A DNA stretch of 64,000 nucleotides, from the IMG/VR virus record IMGVR_UViG_2548876808_000001, positions 174 through 64,173 of that record; one strand, given 5' to 3'. This document shows positions 1-8,349 of the stretch, piece by piece. This DNA comes from a virus. Taxonomy: Duplodnaviria > Caudoviricetes. Every line of letters begins with the position of its first letter. Position 1 is the first letter of the stretch. The notes beneath the pieces are model-generated. The model did no database searches and was not told the origin of the DNA. It saw only the letters and a program-made list of their open reading frames with translations. Made by a program: the position numbers and the translations under genes.

Positions 1-493
1 TGAATGCCACGCTATACAATAAAAGTATAGGGTGACGGGTCTTACTCTCGGTAACGTTAGTAACCGCCTTGCATATTCGCCTTACGGCTATTTTATTTTG
101 CAGCGTCAACCCGTCATAGTCGGTTGGCAAGCATTGAGGTGCTGCCATAGATATGAGGTATTGCCCCCTTGGTACGCTTGTATGCGTGGGTGGGGCGGTA
201 TCTGTATGTTTTGATAAGGATTGAGAGTCCACATCAATAACAGACACAAAAAAAGCCAAAATTTCACGGCTGGCTTGTCCGCTAACGTTTTTTGAGAGGT
301 CTATATAGTAACCGCTGGTGTCATCGCTTGCAATCAGTTTTGCATTGACTGGCTGGCAAGCTATCAATGAGAGTAGCAAGCCAATGCCTACCACCCATGC
401 CATAAATATGATAAAGCTAAGTAGTAAGCCACGCTTGCTTGCCTGCTTGCGACTATGTGCCCCGTGCTGAGTTTTGATGCGATTATCACTCAT
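1..493 (-). CDS. Ash/Icd-like satellite protein with N-terminal hydrophobic segment; partial, runs off the window edge
   Basis: Manually translated open frame from ATG 493 (overlapping the stop of 486..764) with no stop to base 1: MSDNPHQNSARAHSRKQASKRGLLLSFIIFMAWVVGIGLLL...GYYIDLSKNVSGQASREILAFFVS...YDGLTLQNKIAVRRICKAVTNVTESKTRHP; absent from the ORF track because it lacks a stop. Confidence 0.5.
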   Translation of the reverse strand, partial: MSDNRIKTQHGAHSRKQASKRGLLLSFIIFMAWVVGIGLLLSLIACQPVNAKLIASDDTSGYYIDLSKNVSGQASREILAFFVSVIDVDSQSLSKHTDTAPPTHTSVPRGQYLISMAAPQCLPTDYDGLTLQNKIAVRRICKAVTNVTESKTRHPILLLYSVAF

Positions 494-764
494 GGCTTAT
501 TACCTCCACTTGTGGCTGCAAGATAAGCTGGGTCATTAATCCGTCGCTCAACTCGCTAGCGTTTTCACTGATAGCAAACAATGCAGACCTGATAGCGACT
601 ATCACCCCTTTGCTGGCTGGGTCATTCACTTCTATCATGTTTAGTGCATAGGCTAGGCTTTCACATTCGTTTGAGTAATCCTGAATGTAATCGTCCACGA
701 CTGACAAAGTATGACTATCCACTGCCACTAGGCACGGTTCTAATACGTCATTTGATTGGCTCAT
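486..764 (-). CDS. hypothetical protein (satellite)
   Basis: 92-aa ORF coupled to both neighbours by overlapping start/stop codons. Confidence 0.7.
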   Translation of the reverse strand: MSQSNDVLEPCLVAVDSHTLSVVDDYIQDYSNECESLAYALNMIEVNDPASKGVIVAIRSALFAISENASELSDGLMTQLILQPQVEVISHE

Positions 765-1045
765 GGAGTCACCTCGCTGTTAGATAGCTCACTTTCAAGT
801 AAGGTCTGTTCATCGAGCCAATAGACCGCAAACCATTTGTTGTTATGCTTGGTCATTTCGCTTTGAATGAGCAGTCCTGCCTCTCTCAAGTTATGTATGC
901 GCTGGGCTAAACAAGTGATTTGATACAGGCGGATAGCGCCCCAAGTTGTTATAGTTGCACCTGTCATCAGGTGCGCTCTAACAATTTCTACTTGGGTTTG
1001 GGGTGGCTGCTCATTGGTAACGGGTGCGTTCGCTGAGGTCGTCAT
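761..1045 (-). CDS. helix-turn-helix protein (HTH_39-like)
   Basis: IVRAHLMTGATITTWGAIRLYQITCLAQRIHNLREAG pattern typical of phage winged-HTH proteins. Confidence 0.7.
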   Translation of the reverse strand: MTTSANAPVTNEQPPQTQVEIVRAHLMTGATITTWGAIRLYQITCLAQRIHNLREAGLLIQSEMTKHNNKWFAVYWLDEQTLLESELSNSEVTP

Positions 1046-1046
1046 A

Positions 1047-1331
1047 TTAAGCCCCCGTCATATCATTGGTCTGCTCGGCGTGACTGTCTAGCCAGCTATT
1101 GATTTCAGACAAGCGCCATAGACTAGCCCGTCCGATTTTTACAGGTGCTGGGAATTTATCTTGATTGATTAGATGATAGATATGCTTAGCACTAAAACCA
1201 GTAATACCACGTGTGGCGGCTTTGGCGGTGACGGTGCGCTGCTGAGCTGACTTCGTAGTATAGGTCTTCGCGGTTCTTGCTGGCTGGTTGGCAAGGTTTG
1301 CCATTCTTAGGTACTGGTCGTTCAATGTCAT
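1047..1331 (-). CDS. alpA: AlpA family transcriptional regulator / recombination directionality factor
   Basis: ITGFSAKHIYHLINQDKFPAPVKIGRASLWRLSEINSWL is the AlpA signature. Confidence 0.9.
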   Translation of the reverse strand: MTLNDQYLRMANLANQPARTAKTYTTKSAQQRTVTAKAATRGITGFSAKHIYHLINQDKFPAPVKIGRASLWRLSEINSWLDSHAEQTNDMTGA

Positions 1332-1415
1332 GTTGTATCACCTCATAGCGGGGTTGGTTATAGCCGGTAATGGCTGCGCTATGAGGTGAATGTTACGGGG
1401 TAGGGCAAAGTGATA

Positions 1416-1442
1416 AGGGTCACATGACGGTCACGTGACCCT
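1416..1442. promoter_or_regulatory. palindromic operator-like site upstream of alpA
   Basis: AGGGTCAC-ATGACGGTCAC-GTGACCCT has perfect 8-bp inverted ends; a further TGACCCT half-site lies at about 1456. Confidence 0.45.
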
Positions 1443-1460
1443 AAAATAATTGATATGACC

Positions 1461-2348
1461 CTATTTTGTACTATCGCTTTTGGCTTGATTTGATAATTCA
1501 ATCCATTTTGCTATGAAGTTCCTAGCGACTGGTGTGCCGTGTAATTGCGATGCTTTCTCTATCAGGCTATTAGCCTTTCCTTTTGTAGCTGATAGGTCAT
1601 ATTTATGCTCTGTCAAAATAGCGTAAAGCATTCTAGCTACGCCCATTTCGGAGTTATATCGTAAGGGTTTATCTGCTTGTTCCTTTAACTGGTCACTGAG
1701 CCTATTTATATCTTGCGCTTGCTGTTTTATTTTAGCGTTGGCAGCTGTCAGTGCTTCAACAAGATGTTCATAAGTTTTAGGTTCGCCATGCTCTACCGTT
1801 GGCGTTCCCACTGAGAAACTACCAGTAGATTTTTCGGCTTCTAACTCATTTACTCTGTCTTGGAGGTGCTTTAATTTAATAAGAGTTTCTATATCAACCG
1901 AAGAGGGCGTTATATCTAAAAAGTGATATTCTCCTGAATCAAAAAAGATTGGATTAATGAAGTTCACACTACCATTAGGAAGTACTTGTTCTATAGACTC
2001 TTTAAGCCAAAAGTAATTCTTAAATTGATTCTGAACCTTTATCACTTCAGTGGGCTCAAGTTTTTTACCAGAATTTGGAAGTAATGTTTTTAAAAATAGT
2101 TTCGCTTCATCAATCTTTGGTTTATCTATTTGCTTAAAAGTAAAATCATCAGGGTCATAAATAAAGTAGCGGATTTTCTCATGTATTTTTAATCTCAACA
2201 AAGCTTCAGCGACCATGAAGTAAGTTTCATTACTAGCGTAACTGTTATCACTTTTACTCTCATCAACGTCAATTATATTAGAAACTAACTTCCAAAAAGA
2301 AATATATTTATTGTCGTGCGTATCTTTTAGCGTATCGAGTAACGCCAT
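1461..2348 (-). CDS. hypothetical protein, AT-rich, with C-terminal coiled coil/helical domain
   Basis: 295-aa ORF between int and alpA. Confidence 0.8.
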   Translation of the reverse strand: MALLDTLKDTHDNKYISFWKLVSNIIDVDESKSDNSYASNETYFMVAEALLRLKIHEKIRYFIYDPDDFTFKQIDKPKIDEAKLFLKTLLPNSGKKLEPTEVIKVQNQFKNYFWLKESIEQVLPNGSVNFINPIFFDSGEYHFLDITPSSVDIETLIKLKHLQDRVNELEAEKSTGSFSVGTPTVEHGEPKTYEHLVEALTAANAKIKQQAQDINRLSDQLKEQADKPLRYNSEMGVARMLYAILTEHKYDLSATKGKANSLIEKASQLHGTPVARNFIAKWIELSNQAKSDSTK

Positions 2349-2523
2349 ATTTGCACCCTCACACCCTTAAAATAAAATAGAGGCAAGGCGCTGACAGCAT
2401 AAGGGTGCGGTTGCTGTCGTTCGGGTAATTAATCCTAGCCTTGCAGTTTGGCTTGACAGCGATGGACACAATCAAGTTCGGTCTGCCAGTCCAATGCTAG
2501 CTATGTTTGTTAAAACTATCTTA

Positions 2524-3987
2524 TTAAAGCTGTTCAGCAAGTTTTAATAATACGTCCTGTGATATACCTTGCATTTGTAAACTCTTTATTAAAACATCTT
2601 TATCATGCAGCGCTATATCGGCAGCCTGCTCATTTCGATTATTCATTTCTCTCTTAATTTCATCTGGCGTCAGTAAGTCAAAACTGACAGCAGTACCAGC
2701 TCGAAGGTCATCTAAATGATTTGCCCATTGGTTCATCATCATCTGCCGTTCTGCTAAATGTGCAGATAAATCGTATCTTTTTTTAACACTAGACTGTTCA
2801 AGGTGGGCTAGCTGTATTTCTATAAGATTTTGACTAAATTGCAACTCATATAATCCTGTGCTGGCAAGCTGCCTAAAACCATGCCCCGTCATTTTAGGGT
2901 AGGGGTCGCCCGTATATCCCATGCGCTTGAGTGCTTGATTGAACCATACTTCGCTATATGGATTGCTGCGCTCAAAGTTGTAGAAAACATAGCCTGTACG
3001 CTCAGTTAAGGGACGCATACGCTCGATGATAGCCATAGCTTGTGGTGATAGGGGAATAATGTGATCCTGACGCATCTTCATCTTGTGCGCTGGCACTCGC
3101 CAAACGCTTTTATGATAATCAATCTCTGACCATTCAAAAAACCTCAACTCTTTTGTTCTAACAAAACACAGCGTCATTAATTGCATACCAGCGACGGTCT
3201 GTTCATGAGCATTTGGATTATCTACACTGTATTGATCAATATTACGTAGTAGCTCAGGGAATTGGTGTTGCTCCACTGCTTTCATGCGCTCAGCCTTATG
3301 AGGTCTTAGCGCTCTACTGCGTCCATGAGCAATATTAATAAGATCATAACCTAGTGTGTTGATAGCATACTCAAAAACCGAACTGATAAACGCTACGCAC
3401 TTGTGTGTTGTGTCAGTCGTCCACTTGCCTTGCTTTTCAAAATACGTTTGAATTGCTAATCCAGTTTTAATAACATCCTGAGCAGTAATAGCATTTATAG
3501 GATAGTCACCTATATGTGGTGAGACATGCTTGTCTAAATAGGTATGCAGCTTTTGAATATTCTTGGGCGTGGTTTCTGACTTTTCATTGATATAACTGTT
3601 AGCAATAATTTTAAATAAATCTTTCTGCTCAAAGTTATTTTTATGATGGTTTTTTTGGTCGGTAGGATCAATACCGTCGTCAAGTGATGATTTAGCTTTA
3701 TCACGTGCCAATCGTGCTTGTTTTAACGATACTTCTGGTTTGAATGAGGAATCTATATCTAGTTTGGCTGGTTTGTAGATACCTATCTGATAGGTTTTTT
3801 GCTTAGGTTTGAGGTCTTTATTAGATTGATAGCGATAAGCCATTTGCCAAAATAGGGAGCCATTTGGATGTTGTATTAGATATAGATTATTGCCATCGCC
3901 GTGGCGTGTAATCTTATTAGGTGGTGATTGTTTGGCAATAGATTTTACGGCAGCATCCGTCAACTGGTAGTCTTTTCTCTTTGTCAT
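2524..3987 (-). CDS. int: P4-like tyrosine integrase with N-terminal arm-binding domain
   Basis: N-terminal LTDAAVKS...HGDGNNLYL...WQMAYRY; catalytic motifs FVRTKELR, HKMK, HGFRQLAST, QLAH, RYD. Confidence 0.95.
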   Translation of the reverse strand: MTKRKDYQLTDAAVKSIAKQSPPNKITRHGDGNNLYLIQHPNGSLFWQMAYRYQSNKDLKPKQKTYQIGIYKPAKLDIDSSFKPEVSLKQARLARDKAKSSLDDGIDPTDQKNHHKNNFEQKDLFKIIANSYINEKSETTPKNIQKLHTYLDKHVSPHIGDYPINAITAQDVIKTGLAIQTYFEKQGKWTTDTTHKCVAFISSVFEYAINTLGYDLINIAHGRSRALRPHKAERMKAVEQHQFPELLRNIDQYSVDNPNAHEQTVAGMQLMTLCFVRTKELRFFEWSEIDYHKSVWRVPAHKMKMRQDHIIPLSPQAMAIIERMRPLTERTGYVFYNFERSNPYSEVWFNQALKRMGYTGDPYPKMTGHGFRQLASTGLYELQFSQNLIEIQLAHLEQSSVKKRYDLSAHLAERQMMMNQWANHLDDLRAGTAVSFDLLTPDEIKREMNNRNEQAADIALHDKDVLIKSLQMQGISQDVLLKLAEQL

Positions 3988-4014
3988 GACTTGGCCTTAA
4001 AGGCGTGGAGAGGT

Positions 4015-4089
4015 TTTAACAACAAAACCTAAGAGAATTTAACAACAAATAACGCTCTTGTTGAATATTTAACAACATATTTAACAACA
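4015..4089. repeat. four direct repeats TTTAACAACA, candidate arm-type sites of the satellite integrase
   Basis: Exact copies at 4015, 4038, 4068 and 4080, between the int start and the att core. Confidence 0.7.
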
Positions 4090-4200
4090 GTGTAGTGGTG
4101 GTGCTAGGTAATGACAAGTGATGCAGGAAGACGTAATGTAAGTCAATTCGGGGGCTGTAGCGGATTGGGGTAATGCGAGGTTATGTCTAAATACAATAAT

Positions 4201-4223
4201 TGGTGCGCCCACCAAGACTCGAA
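4201..4223 (-). repeat. att core: 23-bp duplicated tRNA 3' end (T-loop to CCA)
   Basis: Minus strand reads TTCGAGTCTTGGTGGGCGCACCA; tRNA similarity stops at the T-loop. Acceptor strand is compatible with tRNA-Arg, but the isoacceptor cannot be determined here. Confidence 0.85.
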
Positions 4224-4232
4224 TTTATTTTA

Positions 4233-4245
4233 TAAGTATTTGATT
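4233..4245 (-). promoter_or_regulatory. IHF binding site next to att
   Basis: Minus strand AATCAAATACTTA matches the IHF consensus WATCAANNNNTTR, 10 bp from the att core. Confidence 0.65.
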
Positions 4246-4276
4246 TTAATATAATTAATAAAATATATTTTTATGG

Positions 4277-4298
4277 ATACTGTGTATTATACTGTATA
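4277..4298. repeat. direct repeat ATACTGTRTA x2, candidate arm-type sites of the prophage integrase
   Basis: ATACTGTGTA at 4277 and ATACTGTATA at 4289. Confidence 0.4.
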
Positions 4299-4315
4299 AA
4301 CAAAAAATGACGCAA

Positions 4316-4507
4316 TTAGGCGTCATTTTTGTCTTTGTTGGTATCGTTCACTAGCGCATCGATCTTAACCTTTAACCATTTATTAGGCCGTCCTTTGAGA
4401 TCAGGGGGCGGTAAAAAACCAGCATCACGCTTGCGATGAATTGTCGTATTGGATTCCCAGCCAAATATTTCCTTGATGTCGCCTGTGGTGTAATACCTAC
4501 CTATCAT
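4316..4507 (-). CDS. excisionase-like small HTH protein
   Basis: From ATG 4507: MIGRYYTTGDIKEIFGWESNTTIHRKRDAGFLPPPDLKGRPNKW, a MerR/AlpA-like Xis pattern; lies next to att. Confidence 0.7.
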   Translation of the reverse strand: MIGRYYTTGDIKEIFGWESNTTIHRKRDAGFLPPPDLKGRPNKWLKVKIDALVNDTNKDKNDA

Positions 4508-5285
4508 TTCGATCTCCTTTGTCTTTAACAACTTTAAACTTAAGTGCCCATACCCAGTCGTTTCGCTCCCACGCACCTTTGCCATGAATTGAATCCCAAA
4601 GCCGTGCCACTGCTTTTTTATGATCACTATCCCAATCAGACCAATGCCACCCTATATTGTCGGTACCGGGCAAACCGTCTGTATCGGGTAGGCCATACTT
4701 GTATGTCCGTCCACCATCTTTAGAAAGCTGCTTTAATCCCATGCCAAGAGCGTCAGCCCTACTAATCTCCTGAATACGCTCAATACGAATGTTAGTTATT
4801 TCCAAAAGTAGGCGACTTGCCCATTTACGCATTCGTGAAGCGCTAACCCATATCATAGAGTCAGGGTTGGTCCATCTTACCTTGTAAATGACGTGCTCAG
4901 GCTTACGTAATCTCTTGGGTATTTCTGATAACTTGCTGCCACACCCATCCCATGAATAATAATTAGTAAAACTATCTTCATCCTCCCATGCATCATGACC
5001 AGCTGGCGGGTCGGGTATAAATGATTCTTTAACCCATAATCGATCGCCAACTTTGCCAAACGGACACTTAAATTCATTACCATAAACCAAGTGTGTTTTA
5101 CCGTCGTCAAGCCAGTGCCATCTTTCAATACCGTCACGATTGACTAACAATGTTCTTTGTCCAAGAGCTATGCTGCCATGCGGTACGTTTTTAATTATCA
5201 CTCTGTGATGTGTCTTACAGCGATCGAGTGCGCCACAGACTTCTTGTGTATTGAAGATTATTGGACGTTCTTTTGTATTATTCAC
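4497..5285 (-). CDS. phage protein, ASCH-like ERPIIF...KTxxRR family
   Basis: KERPIIFN...CKTHHRVIIK, CPFGKVGDRLWVKE, ASRLLLEITNIRIERIQEIS, WERNDWVW. Confidence 0.7.
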   Translation of the reverse strand: MNNTKERPIIFNTQEVCGALDRCKTHHRVIIKNVPHGSIALGQRTLLVNRDGIERWHWLDDGKTHLVYGNEFKCPFGKVGDRLWVKESFIPDPPAGHDAWEDEDSFTNYYSWDGCGSKLSEIPKRLRKPEHVIYKVRWTNPDSMIWVSASRMRKWASRLLLEITNIRIERIQEISRADALGMGLKQLSKDGGRTYKYGLPDTDGLPGTDNIGWHWSDWDSDHKKAVARLWDSIHGKGAWERNDWVWALKFKVVKDKGDRNDR

Positions 5286-5296
5286 AATCGCTTTCC

Positions 5297-5623
5297 TTAA
5301 TGCTTGCTCTGTTGATCAACGACAATGCGTGCCGCAATGACATCATTGAGTCGTTTCTCTAAGTTAGTGAGAATCTGTTCTTTTAGATAAGTGGGATTAT
5401 CAGTTCCATTTGCTTGTAGCAGTTCATCAAAGATTTTAGTAAAACCACTTACCATTAGGTTTATGGTAGCTTCCATACCGCCAGTAGCAGATGATAGTAA
5501 TGCGCCTTCTTCGTCGTTAAAATGAGCAGCCAATATCACCATTGTTTTGCTTTGTTCGCCCATAGCATCTTGTTTAAAGTCAGACATGAGCTTTTGCGCA
5601 CCTCTTAAAATCTTATTTTTCAT
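5297..5623 (-). CDS. hypothetical phage protein
   Basis: 108-aa ORF in the leftward operon. Confidence 0.7.
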   Translation of the reverse strand: MKNKILRGAQKLMSDFKQDAMGEQSKTMVILAAHFNDEEGALLSSATGGMEATINLMVSGFTKIFDELLQANGTDNPTYLKEQILTNLEKRLNDVIAARIVVDQQSKH

Positions 5624-5639
5624 AGTTTTTCCTTAGTAA

Positions 5640-6248
5640 TCAGCGGCACTTAAGGTTGTTGGCATGCCAAGTAATGCTTTCAGTCAACAATATCGACTTA
5701 TTGAGGTTCTCATCACGTGTATTAGCAGGATTGCGATTATTAACGATCGCGTTAACACTACGCGGAATACTCATTAGGTTATCAATATTGCAGTTGGTTC
5801 TATCGTTATCTAAAAAACGTAAGTTATAGCCGTCCTTTAACTTGCCGTGGTGCGCTTCCCAAACCACTAACTGCTTGAGCCTGAATTTATTGGGCTCAGC
5901 AACTTTGACCATGATGTAACCATCTTCAGTCACTCGTTCGTGACCTACAGGCTTATGGTTAAAAGGTATATTGCCTTTTTTGAAAGAGGTTTTATTGGCG
6001 CCCATGTAACCAGTAATACCCTTATTCCATGACTTATCGCCTTTCTTAATACGAGTGTCTCGACCATTAGCCCAGCGATTTCTTTTGCAAAGACCGGCAA
6101 TGTTTTGCGCTGAGATACAGCGGTTAAATTTGTTATTGAATTTCTTTGATAACGCTTCACGGCTAATTCCAGCTTGATTTGACTCAATCCAGGACAACTC
6201 AGTGTCAGAATATGCAATGGGTGGAGATATTCGCTTAGCCTGACTCAT
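5640..6248 (-). CDS. HNH endonuclease family protein
   Basis: FKKGNIPFNHKPVG, LKQLVVWEAHHG, FLDNDRTNCNIDNL; probable start ATG 6248. Confidence 0.8.
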   Translation of the reverse strand: MSQAKRISPPIAYSDTELSWIESNQAGISREALSKKFNNKFNRCISAQNIAGLCKRNRWANGRDTRIKKGDKSWNKGITGYMGANKTSFKKGNIPFNHKPVGHERVTEDGYIMVKVAEPNKFRLKQLVVWEAHHGKLKDGYNLRFLDNDRTNCNIDNLMSIPRSVNAIVNNRNPANTRDENLNKSILLTESITWHANNLKCR

Positions 6249-6489
6249 AAGTAACTCCTTTTGGCATGAGGTATTGAGCAAGCAGATTAGGATCATGCTC
6301 AGCTATCAATTTGGCTCGTTGATTAACCACACGCTCGCCATCAATTATCTGTGATGCGACCGTAGTGATAGCCTTGCTTCTCTTAACTTCTAATTCTAGG
6401 TTCTCTTCGCTAATATCAGGATTTAGTAAGCGTTCGAGTTGATCATGTAGATGACCATTTAGCGCATGTATGCTTCTATCCTTGCTCAT
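6235..6489 (-). CDS. small phage protein commonly paired with HNH genes
   Basis: LNGHLHDQLERL...EVKRSKAITTVASQII pattern; coupled to the HNH gene. Confidence 0.7.
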   Translation of the reverse strand: MSKDRSIHALNGHLHDQLERLLNPDISEENLELEVKRSKAITTVASQIIDGERVVNQRAKLIAEHDPNLLAQYLMPKGVTYESG

Positions 6490-7093
6490 GATTTTTGCTC
6501 CCTATACCACAACGAATTAAGCAATCTACAGCTGTTTCACCATCAAGCATAAGTAAGCAGCTGTTTTTCGAGTAAGAATCCATCCAAATCGCTGGATAAT
6601 TCATTTTTTTAACGACACTTCCTTGCTTATTTTCGTTATAGATATTCGTATACACACTTCCATCATCAATCATAACTATTTCCAAAATGCAGCTGGTCTT
6701 CTTACTAAGCCACCTTTGGTCAATACTAAGGCCATGTTCAGCAGCGCAATGATCAAGTCGCTCTTGTATCAATGGGCAATGAGTGTTTTTAATCCAGTTT
6801 TTGGCATCTTCTTTATCTGGAAATCCGTGGTACGTATCCGATACGTTTATTACTTTATTGGACACCCGAACGGCAATGCCTTTTTCCGTATCGTTGTAAA
6901 TCATATAAAAGTGAGTAGGCGACATGGCTATGTCACCTTCTTGCCAATTCAGCGGCTTTAAATCTGTGTCCTGAACTTCTTTTTCTTTGACAGGTGATAA
7001 GCTAATATCAGCCTCGCTAAGTTCTTGCTTGATAGCTTCCATATCTTTCTCGCTATAATCCTTGAAGTAATAAGTTGAGGTAAGATTCGTCAT
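6476..7093 (-). CDS. hypothetical phage protein
   Basis: 205-aa ORF abutting both neighbours. Confidence 0.7.
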   Translation of the reverse strand: MTNLTSTYYFKDYSEKDMEAIKQELSEADISLSPVKEKEVQDTDLKPLNWQEGDIAMSPTHFYMIYNDTEKGIAVRVSNKVINVSDTYHGFPDKEDAKNWIKNTHCPLIQERLDHCAAEHGLSIDQRWLSKKTSCILEIVMIDDGSVYTNIYNENKQGSVVKKMNYPAIWMDSYSKNSCLLMLDGETAVDCLIRCGIGSKNHEQG

Positions 7094-8017
7094 CTAAGCC
7101 GCCTTAAAAACAGCGTCATTAATGTCATCAAAAGAGGCTACGATATTCTTTTCGCCTACATGAGCGGTGTAACTCGTATCACCAACAATAATGGTTAGTG
7201 TTTTTTCGCTAATGAATTGACCGATTTTATATATCTGACCTTTTCTGTAGATCTCATTGCCTTTGGTGCACTCAAGATCACAGTTTTCTGCGACTGGCTG
7301 GCAAGCTTGGATCAAATATTTGTCACTCACATTGCCAATGGCCCAAAACAGATAGCCACGTTGAGGCTGTGTTTGATTTAACTCGGCAATGACAAGCCCT
7401 TTGAACATACCCATAGGCATAACTTTTGGAATACGCGCTTGCTGACTAAACTGGTACAGCGCTTCCATATCATTGATGTCCAACTGATAGCAAAACATAC
7501 GTAGTAGACGCACACAGAAACGCACGTCAAAAGCGGCGCTATGAGCATTCTGTGCGTACTGTCTTGCCTCGTCATAGTCAAAGCGGTAGAGGAGTGCACC
7601 TAAGCTATGTTCGCCATCAGGATATAGCTCTCGAGCAATGGCCAATGTACAAATAGCTCTATATTCGCTGATGTCTACACCTGCGTTAGCAGCTACCTGT
7701 ATGTCGTAATCGACATTGTGGCCAATAACGTAAGCGGCACCGATAGGCATGTACTGAGGAACGATCGTTGTATGACTTGGCTCGTTGGCTACGTCTTCAG
7801 GACAAATGCCAGTAATGGCCATTGCCTTGAAAGTTATTTCACGATCAGGCTTACAGCGCACCGCTACCAGCTGAAACAATGGATTGAGTATTCCAGTGTT
7901 AGAAAAGGCGATAGGGCAGAACCCTACCTCCGTAGCTTGCGCTTCACTTGATGCATCAGTTGTCTCAAAATCTATGGCGACTGCTGGCAAGACTGGGTTT
8001 TTGGTTGATTGTTCCAT
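7094..8017 (-). CDS. DEDDh 3'-5' exonuclease (ExoX/DnaQ-like)
   Basis: AIDFETT (ExoI), IGHNVDYD (ExoII), HSAAFDV (ExoIII). Confidence 0.88.
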   Translation of the reverse strand: MEQSTKNPVLPAVAIDFETTDASSEAQATEVGFCPIAFSNTGILNPLFQLVAVRCKPDREITFKAMAITGICPEDVANEPSHTTIVPQYMPIGAAYVIGHNVDYDIQVAANAGVDISEYRAICTLAIARELYPDGEHSLGALLYRFDYDEARQYAQNAHSAAFDVRFCVRLLRMFCYQLDINDMEALYQFSQQARIPKVMPMGMFKGLVIAELNQTQPQRGYLFWAIGNVSDKYLIQACQPVAENCDLECTKGNEIYRKGQIYKIGQFISEKTLTIIVGDTSYTAHVGEKNIVASFDDINDAVFKAA

Positions 8018-8021
8018 TTGT

Positions 8022-8324
8022 CTAGTCTCCTGTTTTGCGTGTCAGCTTTAGGCGGCCATACCAACGCTTCACTGAGTATTCACTACCAGCGATAGAGTGT
8101 CCGTTGACTTTGATGACTATCTCTATAGTGTCGCCTGCAGAGACTATCTCGTTGAGTGGTACGCCTATCACCACACCCATCAAATCTTCAGCAGCAAGAG
8201 AGTTAAAGTTGGCAGACGTATTAATACGTTGAATACTCTTTGTCCTGTTAAAGACAAACAGTGCAGCGATGGACGAAATAGCCAGAGCCGATATCGTTAA
8301 CGCTATTAAATTCCAAGTTTCCAT
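8022..8324 (-). CDS. hypothetical protein with N-terminal transmembrane segment
   Basis: Probable start ATG 8324 (METWNLIALTISALAISSIAALFVF). Confidence 0.6.
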   Translation of the reverse strand: METWNLIALTISALAISSIAALFVFNRTKSIQRINTSANFNSLAAEDLMGVVIGVPLNEIVSAGDTIEIVIKVNGHSIAGSEYSVKRWYGRLKLTRKTGD

Positions 8325-8349
8325 ATCGTTGTGCTCTATAAAATTTAAG

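Larger units (their letters stand above)
1..4200 (-). mobile_element. P4/PICI-like satellite or genomic island, integrase end; continues left of the window
   Basis: tRNA 3' end at 4201-4223 is followed on the minus strand by a P4-type tyrosine integrase, a hypothetical gene, alpA, an HTH gene and an Ash-like ORF, the usual order for these elements. Confidence 0.75.

Noticed and set aside
32-214. Plus-strand 60-aa ORF
   Set aside because: It is antisense to the longer minus-strand frame (1..493) that is coupled to the satellite operon
4150-4280. Intact tRNA gene
   Set aside because: Only the 23 nt from the T-loop to CCA are present; the sequence where the 5' part should be is AT-rich and not tRNA-like
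4276-4300. LexA (SOS) box near att
   Set aside because: CTGT half-sites are in direct orientation with no ACAG partner at N8; better explained as arm-type repeats
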